This document shows positions 49,772 through 62,235 of a DNA stretch of 64,000 bases, in pieces (position 1 is the stretch's first letter; each line of letters opens with the position of its first letter). The notes beneath the pieces are model-generated. The model saw nothing but the letters and a program-made list of their open reading frames with translations, ran no database searches and was not told where the DNA came from. The DNA comes from Curvularia clavata (taxonomy: Eukaryota), in contig CP089281.1 in assembly GCA_023920165.1 (NCBI GenBank), positions 558,001-622,000 on the forward strand, given 5' to 3'. A program made the position numbers and the translations under genes.

Positions 49772-52553
49772 TTATGATTGCTCATGGGTCCCCACAAACC
49801 TGGGCGGAAGATCCAAATCCCAGCTGGGTCTCTCCACAAGCACCACTTCCGGCGCATGAGCACTATAATCACCAGAGACGGGTACAATACCGAGAATAGG
49901 TCGGTACTTGAACGTGTGCCACCAGTGCTCGCTGCGTTTGGTGCCGTTGACAACAGTAGTGTCTTCTGTCTCAGCAGTGGTAGTGTTATCTTGGCTTGTT
50001 GTTCTGCGAAGGAGGGCGAGGGGTTGATGGGTAGTTTCTGTGTCGTCGCCATCCTCCATGACGTTGTCTTCGTCGTTGTCGTCCTTGGAGTCAAGCGGAC
50101 GACTGACATCGACCCATTTCTGTCTTCCAGCCTTGTCACTCTCATCGCTCTGGAACTTGCGCATCTTCGTGACGGGCACTTCTTTCCGGGGAATGACATC
50201 ACCCGCGCCAGAGTTCTGCTTCAACAGCTGCTCGCCGCGCTTGCGTTTCTTGCCAGCGTGGTCGGACTCGGAAATGGAGAAATCGCGAGTTAGATCAAAC
50301 ATGAAGAGCCATTTTTCGCCGTAGAGCCAGATCCGTTGTTGCGACGAGGAAATGTCCCAGATGCAGCCCTTTGCGGGGAGATCGAGTTGTTTGTACTCGC
50401 GTGGGTAGCTGGAGGGTGGGTTGCGTCTTGACCATTCGGAGAGGCGGCCGGAGAGGACATCGAAGAGGTAGAGTTGGTGCTCAGCGGAAACGAGCAAGAG
50501 CTTGTACTCTGTAGCAGGTAGCTCGTGTGACTTAGGGTGCGGGTTGTTCCGGGTGGGATGGACAGCAGGATTGCCGTTGGGTTCTGGTACGGAAGATTCC
50601 AAGTTGGGCTGGAAGGAGAGCAACACAGGTGTCGAGTCTAGTCGAGGGAGGAGATGACCTGACGGGTTTCGTATCCAGTGCTGGCCAAGATATGTAATCT
50701 GCTCACTTGTCTCATCCTCTTCATCATCAGGCCCGTCCTCCTCGGCGATAGGAGCTGAATCATCAATGTCGATCTCTGGGGCGGTTTCATCTTCATGTCC
50801 TTCAATGATCCATGCATCGACGTAGCCAGCAAGATCAACAACAGCAAACGCATTGCCATCCGTTGAGAAGTCGCCATGTGCAATTGATCGCTCATATATT
50901 CCTGAAGGACCACTGAGAGGATTTCTTGTGATCGTATCGCGCTCCAGACGATGCAGAGCTTGCACCTTCTCCAATGCACGGGGCGTGTCTGCCGGATCAT
51001 CTGTCCTCACAATCCTGATCAACTTGATCTCGTCTGTGGCCAAAATAACAGCGAGCCATTTACCAGTCGACGCCATTTTCAGTGACTTTGCGCCCGCAAT
51101 TGAAGGCATCTCCAGCTTCCTGACACGTATTCCAGCCCCAGCGCTAGATTGTGGGTGTAGTAGTTGGAATAGCTTGACAGTGCTGGCTGTTGCCACAGCC
51201 AGCAATCCACCGTCTCGAGAAATGGAAACTGAGATGATGTTTTCTTCACCTTGAAGTGCGAGGCGAGCCACTACCTTGGGCTTCTCCGTACCGTCATCTT
51301 GTGGTTTCACACGCCATATACGGACTTCGGTGTTCCACCAGCTAACTAACAGTCTCGCATCCGGGGCGCTCGTTATAGGAGGAGATGGGGGCAAAGATGG
51401 GAGGCTGCGACTGAGCTCCTTTCCAAAATTTCGGATCGGCACAACAATGGGCTGTGTGTCAATACCTGGACATATATTAGCCTTGTTATGTGGGACGTGA
51501 TGGAATTGCTTTACCTCCGGTGACGACTATACTGAGCTTGTTGCCTTCGTATGTTGTCATGGCCTTAACATCGTGTTCGTGGTGCCTTTGATGCGATACT
51601 TTTCGCCACTTTCCACTCTGTCCCTGGGATGATCCCTTTTTGCTCGTGTAGAAACAGGTGCGTCGGTCCATGCCTGCGCTGAATATACCAGATCCATCAC
51701 GGGTAACAGCAAGGTCGAGCACATCCGCTTCATGTCCAGATATCCTCTGGATCTGACTGTAGTTCTTGCCACTGTAGATCCGAATGTCGCCGGTAGAGTC
51801 TCCAGACACAAAGTCGCCATTTGGAAGGCACTTAACTTTCCACACCAGAATCTCCTTGGGACCACCGTGAGGTCCATTTCCCAGAGAGATGTTCCTGATT
51901 ACATTGCCGTTTCTGGTATCGAACACCCGAATCATACTATCTGCAAAGCCAGCTAGTACCGTATGCTGGTCCTTGTATGTGATGCTCAAGGCGCGCGCTT
52001 TCTTGTTCGTGGCGCGGGTAACGAAGCGCTCAAAAGTAAGGTCGTTGTCGTCGGTAGACAAAAGGACAATTGTGCCATCAGCACAGCCTGCGACGAGCTT
52101 CTGTCGTGCATTGCTATCTTCTTTCGATGATCCTTTTGCCGCATTCTTTTGCCTAGGCTGGGCCGCAAAGCACCAGACCTCGCTGTGATTTCCGTTGGAA
52201 TGGCGGGCGGGCAGACCAGTAGTAAGATCCCATTCAGTGACGCTGCTAGAGTATCCGATGCTAAAAAGCCGCAGGCGACCCGCAATGACTCTTCCTTGTG
52301 CGTCGCGCTCATCTGGTTCCTGAGTCCAAGCCAGGCCTTCGACGCTCCGATCTTTACCACCATAGAATACCTTCTCTTGCAGCCATGATCCCTTCGCAGG
52401 ATTCCATATTTCAATGTTGCCGTTTGCGCGCCCAATAGCAAGCCTCAGCGACTCGGGATCTTGCTGTCCATGTTCGGCTTCGGGATGCGAAAAGGCGAGC
52501 GCGTTGATCGCAGATGGCGGGTAGGGCACGAAGCGTGAACGGTGGATATCCAT
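49772..52553 (-). CDS. UTP4: SSU processome / U3 snoRNP WD40 protein Utp4
   Basis: MDIHRSRFVPYPPSAINALAF start, LAIGRANGNIEIWNP, RLFSIG, HEHDVKAM and C-terminal KYRPILG..VVLVERP. Intron 51466-51514. Confidence 0.92.
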
Positions 52554-54439
52554 GACTAATTTGGAAGACTGGATAAGTCTTCAGTCGATTCAAATCTGCG
52601 CGCAGGTCCACAAACCGAGCGCTCGCATCAAGATACCACACTCATGGTAACGAAGGAGCTGGATCGCGAAGTTCTCTCGAACTCTTGGCAAGCCGACTTT
52701 TCGGTGGGTCCAGCCGGAGCCCGGCGATAGTTTCTCCGAGATACTGACCACCTCCGCTGCACCTCCGCATCAGATTCAGAACACCGTCCATCAAGAGAGG
52801 TCACAAAAGACGCTGCTACTTCAGAAGAAGTAATGGTTAGTTCATATATGGTGTAATTTTGACATGTAAACACCAGGAATACCCAGATGACTCTAGCGAG
52901 ACCCGTACACTGCGCTGTCCCGCCTCCCGCCTCCAACCTCCCTTCACGAAGACTAGAGTCATCTCTCTCATCTTACAAGGTGCTCGAAATATCCTCATGA
53001 CGGTCGATCCTTCGTATATACTTTAAAAGACCTTGGTGGACCATGTGCGTGTTGGAAGGACAGGCAGTCTTCGACTAGATGAGATACCGGGCAGATAATG
53101 CACAGCGCTGTAGTAGCATGTTTGGCCACTGCATTTTCTCGTCAAAATCACTTTGAACTGTACAGAGTCATAAAGGAACATAAGCTCAGACGATGTGTAA
53201 CGGGATTTCGCACGATTGGTGTGTTAGATCATGATTGGTGTGCTTTCAAATGTTGCTGTGTGTATGCCGCAAACGGCCTGCAACAAATTCAACTCCGAAT
53301 TGAGAGCCAACAACTTCAAGTACACAAAACACATGCTTCGTGGGAGTAAGGCTTCGGGCGTGGCGTTATCAGCAAGATGGTCTGATGTGAGACTGTAGCT
53401 AGTCTCGGCCTATTGTAAACAGTGTTGCGCTTTGTTTGCGGTAGGCATGGTAATATTCAACGAGAGTTCCGGCGTTCCAGAAATGCCTCGCTGCATGCCG
53501 AAAGAAGCCACATGTTGGAGGCCTCTCCTGACAAGGTTACGCGAGTCAAAACTAGCCCCAGCGGTCCCACCACCGGGCCAAACTCAATGCACCATGCCCA
53601 CGTACGTCATGAAGAAATAAAGAAAGAGAGCGTTGCTGTGGGAGCGTTAGTGGTGGCTTGACGCCAATGAAGAGAAGCTGAATCTCTGTTGCAGGCGGAG
53701 CATTTGATACGGATGCGACAGCCGAAAGCATAGGGAGCATTGCCAGGAAACAAAAAAAGGTAAGGAGGTCTAGGCAGCCCTTAGCATCGTACAATCCGTA
53801 CTATTATTGTAATTGCGCAACCATGGCGATATTACGAGGATTGCCGGAGAGCTTGGATGAGCGGAAATAAGTTTGCGCACGATCGGTCACAGGTGGAGGG
53901 CGCCTGGTGCCGGCTTGAGTTGGGATGGGCGTTCCATGGTGGACATGGTCTTTGTCATCCCCGATAGTGTTTCAAAGATGCCGAGCAGAGGTGGTCTGTG
54001 AAGTATATTTCTGCGCGTACATGGCACGCGGCCGACGCGAACGTGTGAGGGGTTTTGCCACGTCTAAGACAGGCTGGGAAGCATCCGCGATGATGATGAT
54101 GCGGCGATGAAGCAAAAAAGGGCAAACCTTGGATACATACATCAAGGCTGGCGCTTGGACCGCTGAGCGGGGTATTTTAGTGGTAATCATTATTGCAGCC
54201 GGGCTGATTATCCGTGGAACACAGCGATGATCCAGTAGGAAGTGTGTGGTTGCAGCAGATTGAAGGTTGCTACGGAGTACACCCGCTTGTTGATACGGAA
54301 GAGCGGCATACTTATTATTATTGAAACATGACGAAGCGTGCTGTCCGCTAGGCGTTTCCAGAGATAATTGGAAAAAAAAGTTTGCTCAAGTGTGCCCATA
54401 TGCACAGGTGTTCTGACAAGTGCATGCGGTGTCCCAGTA

Positions 54440-56518
54440 ACGCGTTTAAGCGATGAGAGCTGAGGGTGTGGGATTGTTCGATGACGAGGCACATGCAGAC
54501 CAGCCGCAGTGCAGACCTCAGTGCATCGTTGCCGGGACAAATGGTTTAACGCGTGGTCATACCGACAGCATGCAAGAGAACCAGATCCGCTTCTTTGGAG
54601 AAGAAAAAAAAAGTCTGGACAAATTTGCAGGTGGTGACTTGCTGGGTCGGAAGATGGGCCCACATGAAGCCAGTCGTGTGAGCCGTAATGGTAAGATTGT
54701 CCGACCGAGGTAGAGGTGTTAGAAAGGCACAGAGTAAGATGGAAAGGATAGGCTGGAACCGCTTGTCGCGTGCGCACAGTTCAAACACTTTAAGACGCGT
54801 TCAGGTCGCGACTGTGACATAATGAGTGCGTTTTAAGGCGTGCTTATGTGCAGGCGTGGCTGACCATGGTATGGTTCCGCATGTCGGCTGGGAACTAGCT
54901 GCAGCGACAAGAGCAAGCAGCACGATGGCTTAGGGTCTTGCATGCGGAGCAGTCGCGTACAATAATACACGTGCTTTTTTTTCTGCCAAATGTGAAAATG
55001 GACGCGAACGATGGCGCTAAGATCCGTCATGATGCGATGATGGGTCCAGCCGCGATTCAATATCCGACGCCGGGTCATAGCTGTGTATGCTGGTGATGCA
55101 GGGCATTTACGAAACGCCACACGTTGCTGTGGTGGAGTGTGCATTGTATTGTGTGTAGTGCGAGCATGAGTAGTTTATTAGCGAGCAGAGGGGGTTCCAT
55201 GGGTGCTGCAACGGCGGAAGTGAGGCAGACGATCCATCATGGCCTCAATGGGACGATGGGAATGAGGATGTGCAGGACATGCGAGGCAGATGTGGAGTAG
55301 CTAGAGTGGTACGGCCGAAGGATAAGCGTGCAGGAGCAGGACGCCAGTTGACACTTTGAGATGCAGCCGCGCAGAGCTTGCACTCGCCTAATGTGAGGAG
55401 CCGTGGCCCGCATGCCCTGTTTGTCCAGAGGCGATATGCACGCCATGGACGCAGCGACCTTCCGCATTGAGGCCACGGCCTTTGTCCTTGTTGCAGTCCT
55501 TGCTCTACACTGCGAGATGAATCATAACAATCAAAGTAAGGACAAGCAGCCGCATGTGTACCGACCGCATCGCCAGGGCGCGGCGGAAGCGAGTGGGTAT
55601 TCCCAAGGGCGGTACCAGACTGGCGCTCGGCCGCTCGCAGTAGCAGGATTGGCAATTTCGCGAGCCATGTTAATTTAGGTACGGCGACGCGTGCTATGTA
55701 GATTGCTGCAAACGCGTGGACCCCGGCGTGCAGGCGCTACGCTACAGAGGCACGATTGCCTGAGGGCGCCCTCAGCACGGCGAAACACCAAAAGACTATT
55801 TGCAACCGCGACCAAACATTGGTTTCAACGGCCGGGGCGCGGGGCCAGTTGTTGCACCGGCTGTAGCGTCGTCGCGCGACAGTCTCCAGTCGAGTCAGCG
55901 GGCAGGCTAGGCAGTCGGTCGGCAATGGTGACGCTCGTCATGGTGAGGCGCGAGGGAGCCGTATCGGGGGACGTGAAGACGAAAGGGATGGTACTATGGT
56001 GTCGAGGGCACGACGACGCGCGTGACCAGGATGCAGTGTGCCGGCACGACAGGCTTCTTTTTGGGCGTCTTAGTCCGGCCGAGTAAAAGGAGGAAGCATG
56101 GCTGGCAGCAGATTGCTGCTATGACGATGGGATGAGATGGCATCAAAGGGCCCCCCGCTTGGTGGCCGCCTAGGCCCAGGACCGCATAGTGTGTCCAGTC
56201 TGTCAGGGGGAACCACGACGCTGCAGGCTCGCTGAGATGAATGGACCTGCGCCTGTCTTGGCCGCGGCCAGAGCAACAAGTTTCCTGTGCGCAGCTGCTG
56301 CAACCTTGTATAGCTCTGCAGGATGAGTGGCCTCACCGGAGCGGGCGCAGTGCGCTGATTCGAGCGGCGGCCGAATGCTCACAGCGCAGCAGCCACCGCT
56401 CAGCTCAGCCCAGCCCGGCGTCGAGCCCGCCCACACCCTCACGTCTGCGCGTTGGGAACAAGCAAGACGCCAGCCGTCCTCGTCGTCTGGCACGCCCATC
56501 AACGGGACTAGGACGCGT
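54440..56518. promoter_or_regulatory. Cluster of six MCB (ACGCGT) boxes upstream of the cyclin gene
   Basis: ACGCGT at 54440, 54549, 54795, 55687, 55712 and 56513. Confidence 0.45.
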
Positions 56519-56744
56519 TCAACGAGCGTCGAGCGTGTTCCTGGCCGCACAAAACGCCATGGTGCTCGATCCACAATGGGGGCACGACGGCGGCGGAACT
56601 CGCATCGGTTGGCTGGGCGCTGTGGGCGTATGAAGTTCCCTGTTCCCATGCTGTACAAGCTGCCGTCGGCCGCATCCGGCTAGCCCAAACCTCCTAGGGC
56701 GCCGCTCGCCCAGTCGTTTTCTCCAAGCTACGTCCCTCTGTATC

Positions 56745-58476
56745 GTGCTTCTCCTCCCTCTCCCTCTCCCTCCCTCCCATATCCTCTCTTTCATTACGGT
56801 CGAGCACGGAGAAACCTTGGATCTGATGTGGTGCTGAATCTCTCGGCCCCAAGTCTTTCCATAAAACTCCCCACCTCCTGCTCTCCGTAACCCCCCATAC
56901 CCGACCGCCGTCTCTCTCGAATAGGATCGTGAAGTGCACCCCCCCTCCTGGTGCCCGACACAGCCCTCGTTCGCTCTCCCTCCCGACTTCCTCCCTCGTC
57001 TCTCGCTGGACGTAGAGATACTCGCCGTACTCTAGTCCTTCGCTCCGCATACAGCCGCCAATCCAGACCTCTGTATCACCAGCCTCGCGTGTGACAATTG
57101 GGTCATCATCTCGGTAGGTAACCCTTCTTTCTTCCTTGCATCTAGCTCCATGTGTCTGCGACAGCGTTCGTCGATGCCCATTTCATCCCATCTAGCTCCG
57201 GACCACAAAGAGATGGGCACCTGGAGGACATGGCTTGGCCAGTTTGTTCGAGAGGATATGTGTGGGTAACGGCAGCCCGGGGGATGGAGCGGGGCGCTTG
57301 AGGGCGAAGTGTAAGCCGGTGGGACGGGGACTGGAACGGGGAAAATGTCAGTCGTGGGCGTTCGGTTGCATGCTGCATGTGCGCGCGTCGTTCTTGCGTG
57401 TTGTACCGTCGACCAAGAGAGGCCACCTCGGCAATATCACCATACTCCAACTTCAATCGCACCTGCATGCTATGCTATGCTATGCCAACCTCCGCCTGTA
57501 ATGCTGCGTCTCGGCACCTGAGCATTGACGGCTCACCGGAGGTTCATCGTTACTCACGGGCACGCGTCCCGCGGGTGCGTCAAACAGGCAGATGCCGACA
57601 CCACCTGCCATTCACCGCACGTCACCTGACTTGCCGACGCCGCGACTTCGTCACGTACGCGACCCAGTCAGGCTTTGACAACGCCGCACCTCGTCTCTGT
57701 CCAACGCTCCGCCCACCCACCGAACCTCGTCGTACTTCACCGCCAACCTTCACTCTCGGACCCTGCCTACTTTCTTTCACTAACCGGACCCGGACTTTAC
57801 TTCTCTGCTACCGCTTCTCACTGAGCGATTGCTGACAATCCTTTTTGCTTCAGACTCCGACACCTGCCGCACCAGTTTCCACCAGCACCCGAAAGAAATT
57901 GCAACGTAGGTGCTCCCAGCCATATTTAATTGCCTCCCATGTGCTGACGTCTCTCTAGCATCCAACTCTGGAGGCCTGCAATCCATCTTCTTGTGATCTA
58001 CACAACCCGGCGGACTCGTTAGCTCGTGCTCTGCCCCACTTCGAGACTCTGCTCAGTTACACCCAATCTTCTGGATGCAATTAGCAAGGAACTCACCTTC
58101 TTCAACTTCTTCTGCTGTCTCTTTTTGTGTTCTTGCACACACCTCGTTCGTTCACTAACTTAATAGTACTAATTCTACAAAGGTGTGTGAAGAACCCTCG
58201 CTGCCTAGGCATAACGTGCACCCGATTAGATCAGCCACTGACGTGACAGTACTAGGCTCTGTCCACCACAATTTGCTCCCTCGCCTTGCGCACTCACCAG
58301 ACCCCGGGACCACAGACCTTGCCATATATCAACTAATACCTGTCTCTACATCTGTTGCCTATTCCGGCTGCCACTCTCTAATCCAGCTTACTTGAAGCTA
58401 TCCACTCACTCAACCCGAACACGTCTATCCCGGAGAACTGACGACCACCTCGACCCACAAAGACAACACCTTCACA
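56745..58476 (+). other. Putative long spliced 5' UTR of the cyclin gene
   Basis: CT-rich box at ~56745-56790. Candidate introns 57114-57853, 57906-57958, 58018-58166 and 58183-58249, each with a CTGAC/CTAAC branch point and a YAG acceptor. Predicted exons lack ATG except at 56826. Confidence 0.6.
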
Positions 58477-59703
58477 ATGGCGTACCACCAACAGCAACAC
58501 CAGCAATCTCGCTACGGTAACTGCGACTCGTATTTTGTCGAGTCACATGATGATGGCATCTACGCTATGCGCGCTGAGGCCAGAGAAAGGCACCGAGCAG
58601 TCTCCAAGATGCAACAGCGGGCCATCGCTGAAGAGCTCTCTAGGCTCACAGCTGACGAGTACCAAGAGGACATCATGCAGCATATGATGCACATGGAATC
58701 ACAAACCCTCCCTGACGTCAACTCCATCGACATCCAGACCGAGATCCAGTGGTTCATGCGCCCATATCTCCTTGATTTCCTGGTAGAAGCCCACGCTGCC
58801 TTCCAGCTCCTTCCCGAGACCCTATTTCTGGCCGTCAACCTTCTCGACCGCTACTGCTCTCGCCGTGTTGTCTACAAGCGTCACTACCAGCTCGTCGGAT
58901 GTGCTGCCCTCCTCATTGCTGCTAAGTACGGCGACAAGAAAGATCGCGTACCTACCGTCCGGGAGCTCAAGTCCATGTGCTGCTCATTGTACGACGACGA
59001 AATGTTCACCCAGATGGAGTGGCATGTGCTGCAGACCCTCAACTGGATGATTGGTCACACCACCGTCGATGCCTTCCTTCAAATTGCCCTATCCGAAGCC
59101 CCCTACGATGCTGAGGTTGAGCACATGACGCTCTATATCGCCGAGATCGCCCTCTTCCACAAGGAGTTTGTCTCCACGCGCCCATCCGTCCTTGCACGAT
59201 CGGCTCTGGCCCTTGCAAGATGTATCCTTTCGCGACCACAAGCAAGGAACACCGACTGGTCTGGTGCCTATGACCCACAGACAGTGATTGGCCTGTCCAA
59301 CCACTTGTACCAGCCATCCCCTGTCCTCTCTCGCAAGTACGCTTCCATGCACCTATCAGCTGTGTCTGCTACTGTCGATGAGTTCCTACAGCGTCAAGCG
59401 CAAATTGCGCGCCGTCAAGCAGCTCCCCCGACACCCCCACCCACAGTAGTCATCGATGAGCCCAAGCCTACCTCCGAGACTTTTGGTCCTCAGACACCTA
59501 ACAAGAACCCATACGCTTCGGTCATGCAAAACGGATGCCCGACCCCGCCCATCACACCTGAGGGCGAACAATTCACGTATGGACATGTTGTCAAGTCCCA
59601 GCCTGCCTCCCTGTATCCCACCACACCTACATCGGAGCATGCAGCACCCCAGCACCAGGGACAATACTTCCACAACCAGTATCTCCACCCTCAGCACATG
59701 TAA
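58477..59703 (+). CDS. G1-type cyclin (Cln/Puc1/Ccn1-like)
   Basis: Cyclin box WFMRPYLLDFLVE, TLFLAVNLLDRY and YQLVGCAALLIAAKY..MEWHVL; C-terminal PEST region with several TP sites. Confidence 0.93.
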   Translation: MAYHQQQHQQSRYGNCDSYFVESHDDGIYAMRAEARERHRAVSKMQQRAIAEELSRLTADEYQEDIMQHMMHMESQTLPDVNSIDIQTEIQWFMRPYLLDFLVEAHAAFQLLPETLFLAVNLLDRYCSRRVVYKRHYQLVGCAALLIAAKYGDKKDRVPTVRELKSMCCSLYDDEMFTQMEWHVLQTLNWMIGHTTVDAFLQIALSEAPYDAEVEHMTLYIAEIALFHKEFVSTRPSVLARSALALARCILSRPQARNTDWSGAYDPQTVIGLSNHLYQPSPVLSRKYASMHLSAVSATVDEFLQRQAQIARRQAAPPTPPPTVVIDEPKPTSETFGPQTPNKNPYASVMQNGCPTPPITPEGEQFTYGHVVKSQPASLYPTTPTSEHAAPQHQGQYFHNQYLHPQHM

Positions 59704-60641
59704 ACAATCACTTGCGCTAGTCAATGGCTGTACATTTTCACCGTCAAAACAACTTCCACTATCCTGGCCTGTCTCGATACGGTCCAAGACGGTCTCGTTG
59801 TACCAAAAACACCCGTACATGTGTATCATTGCATGGTAATCCCTTTTGGCATCTCCAAGCGTCTGTTCCCTGTCCTTTTGCGATATCAAAGAACGTCCCT
59901 TTTCTGTTTCGAGCATTTCTTTTGTTAAGTCCGACCAAAAAAACTGCACTCTTGTTCGCTGTTTGGCCTACTTGCTTTGGTCAGCTCGGTTTGCGGAGCC
60001 CAGGCGAGGTCGAGTACCCTTCTTCCTGGACGTCATGTCCATCTAATACGGGTCTTTCGGTCTCTCTCACGGCTCAAGGGGAGGAAAAACGATTGGAGGG
60101 TGAAATTGAAATACAAGCAAGCAAGCACAACCAAGCTCACTCGCAAATGTTGTTTGCTTTCGCGAGCAGAGATACCCTTCCTTTTTCTTCAATTTCAAAC
60201 TTTTTCGGGCCCCTCTTTTTTCTGTTCCATGGGTGTCCAATCTTGTCTTTCTTTTTTTCCTCTATGGTGGAATGGTGAGGAGAGTGTGTGCGAGTGTGAC
60301 ATGCTACAGGCATGGTTCCTGTCTAGATTGTTCTCGACAGCGGAGCTGAAGGCGCTACGAACATCAAATAGCTATAGAAACGGTCGCCCTTAGCACCTTG
60401 GTTTTCCTTGAATGCGGCCCTGTATTGCGTGTATCCATGTTAATGTGTTTCACCTTGTGAGGACCCCCAGCAATCCAGCTTGGGCGAGTGGATGCTCGAC
60501 ATTATGCGACACCTGCTACGTCCACTTGGCCCCAGTTTCACAGTAAGCAATGCGAGTTGAGGCCTTTAAGACAATCATGCTCTGCTCATCAAGTAGGAAT
60601 AGTAGAGCCCTTCTTCCCAGTCTCGCCATTGAGATGAAAGC

Positions 60642-61077
60642 ATGCCTCTAGTGAGTCCTGCGAGGTGTCTTACCATACATAGCCTATCACTTATCCTAAC
60701 CGCTTAAGATCTCTATCACCACTACCAATCCACCCCCAGGCGGGTACCAAATCTTCTCACCTTACAAAGACGACGCCACGGCCTTCGCCCACAATACCCT
60801 ATGTCCCCGCTACGCCGAAGCCGACCCCTCATCCGCACCACCCTCCCCCGCCTCCATCGAGTCCCTTGAAATCTACGATAGCATCCCTTGGCGAAAAGAC
60901 TACATATCACTAGACGCAGATCGAAGGGCCACGCACAATACGCTATGTGCAAGATGGAGGCGGAATAAACTTCGCTCCACAGCGCTGCTTTTGTTTCTGC
61001 TGTTGCTGATGCTGGTCCTTGCGGTGGGCGGCTCGCTTGGCGTTTATCTGGCTGTTACGAGGGGAAAAGGAAAGTGA
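60642..61077 (+). CDS. Small hypothetical tail-anchored membrane protein (125 aa)
   Basis: ATG CCT CTA | GTGAGT...CTAAC...AAG intron (60651-60708), then 122 open codons ending RNKLRSTALLLFLLLLMLVLAVGGSLGVYLAVTRGKGK. Confidence 0.7.
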
Positions 61078-62235
61078 TCGATGGTACTCCTACAACAAGG
61101 GGCGCCTTGGACATGAGGGTGTCTGAATTGTTGGTGTCGTGAATGCAGGGACGACGCCGCACAGAATCACCGCGGACGAGGTGTACAGGCACACGTACGA
61201 CCTCGTGACTGGAGGTGTGATTGCGTACACTTTTCTTTTACCAGTTTCGCATCCTGTCCCTGCTCACGAGGTTCCTAGTACATATCTACAAGGTCACTCC
61301 CTCCCCTTACTCAGCCCCTCCACCCAGTCAATACTCTAGAGCGGAAGTCGTGTCAGCACCTCTCGTATTTCTTCCTTCTGAAAGCGGGCCAAAATGTCAT
61401 TCATGGCTGACAGCGTTAGTTGGGGCTGACAAGGCCAAGGGGGGGCTGGCTTTCAAGGGTCCTTCCTTGCATGTTTGACTGTCATCCGCTTACCCGAGAT
61501 CCAGCCTCCCCTTGTTTTGGGTCCGCGGCACTATGTCCTGAAGGAGTGAGAACAACAAAGAATGTTTCAAGCCGCGGGGCGAAAGAGGCAACAAGGAAGG
61601 GCTGGGCTTGGAATGGGTGGGTTGTTAGATGGTGAGCTTTGCTTTTACGTATGTGTGTGTAGCTCAGGGGATAGGAGAATGCCATGGAAACAGAGCCGAG
61701 CGTCTGTAGATCAAACTGTGCCCATGTTGGTTGGGATTAATACATGGATTGTTATTGAGAAAGAGTGGTGCGATTAATACTGTCGCTCCATGAAAATGGC
61801 CCAATGCGTCTGTTTGGCTATGCGTGTGCTGGGATGATCCTTTTCGTTCTTTTCTTCTTTTCGGCATTTTAGCAAGGAGTATTTCTTCTAAGCAGTGCGA
61901 CGCGGACTAGTTTGTTTTGAGTCCCGAGTTGATAGTGCGATCATCCAGGACGGTTTTTGGGATCCGCGGCGATCTTAGTGCGAGTATTACTCTGTGTGCC
62001 TGACTGACTGATGTTTTGTTTCTTGCTTTTGTGGCATCTTGATACAGAGGTATAGTTGATGTGTTCAACTACGAGGTTCGTTATCACATCACGTGAAATT
62101 CTCCTTATCGTGCTGTACCATGGCGCGAACGCGAAGTACCAGCTTCCTACACTGCAGACCAAAAACCCACAACGAATAGATTCTCTTACCATTTCAACCC
62201 AAAAAACATGCCCACGTATGCTCGTGGTCTAAATA

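Noticed and set aside
52600..56600. Many 60-190-aa ORFs in the UTP4-cyclin interval
   Set aside because: No motifs, codon bias or splice-consistent models; they are expected by chance in GC-rich intergenic DNA.
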